DNA of 64,000 nucleotides, taken from contig CAZWDO010000005.1 in assembly GCA_964632485.1 (NCBI GenBank), forward strand, positions 146,249-210,248, written 5' to 3'. Position numbers and translations under genes: made by a program. Of the stretch, positions 63,999 through 64,000 are shown in pieces (position 1 is the first letter of the stretch; each line of letters starts with the position of its first letter). Under the pieces are notes generated by a model. The model searched no databases. It worked only from the letters and a program-made list of their open reading frames with translations, and was not told the origin of the DNA. This DNA is from an uncultured bacterium (GTDB lineage: Bacteria > JAGOEH01).

Positions 63999-64000
63999 GG

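Overview
A 64-kb bacterial chromosomal segment with three short N-gaps, so probably a scaffold from a metagenome assembly. A fused LpxC-FabZ, BamA/OmpH/LpxD/LpxA, a PorV-family barrel, TonB-dependent receptors and proteins with PNP(F/Y)-type C-terminal domains point to a diderm FCB-group lineage such as Calditrichota/KSB1/Ignavibacteria-like; this assignment is inference. From left to right: an arginine operon (argB-NAT fusion, argC, argD) and a LysE exporter; a NamZ-like muramidase fused to a VirK-like domain; an HI0933 flavoprotein; a collapsed restriction-modification remnant; a secreted metalloprotease/OMP/phosphoesterase operon; a DUF5916 protein; an S9 peptidase fused to an FGE-like domain; thioredoxin; and a TBDR-large secreted protein-PorV cassette. 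Next is an accessory patch of about 4.6 kb holding a candidate structured RNA, a GC-rich hybrid kinase, and an orphan phytoene-desaturase gene bracketed by 17-bp GTTAGAT-core direct repeats. The remainder is a long minus-strand housekeeping block (M23 peptidase, ftsB, gyrB, dciA, lpxA/C/D, bamA, NtrC-type regulator, phosphohexomutase, coaBC, murJ, trmB). Within it, an amidohydrolase carries an anomalous in-frame insertion and dciA appears to start at ACG. I saw no rRNA, tRNA, CRISPR array, integrase, transposase or reverse transcriptase. All family calls come from motifs recognised by eye, not from database searches.
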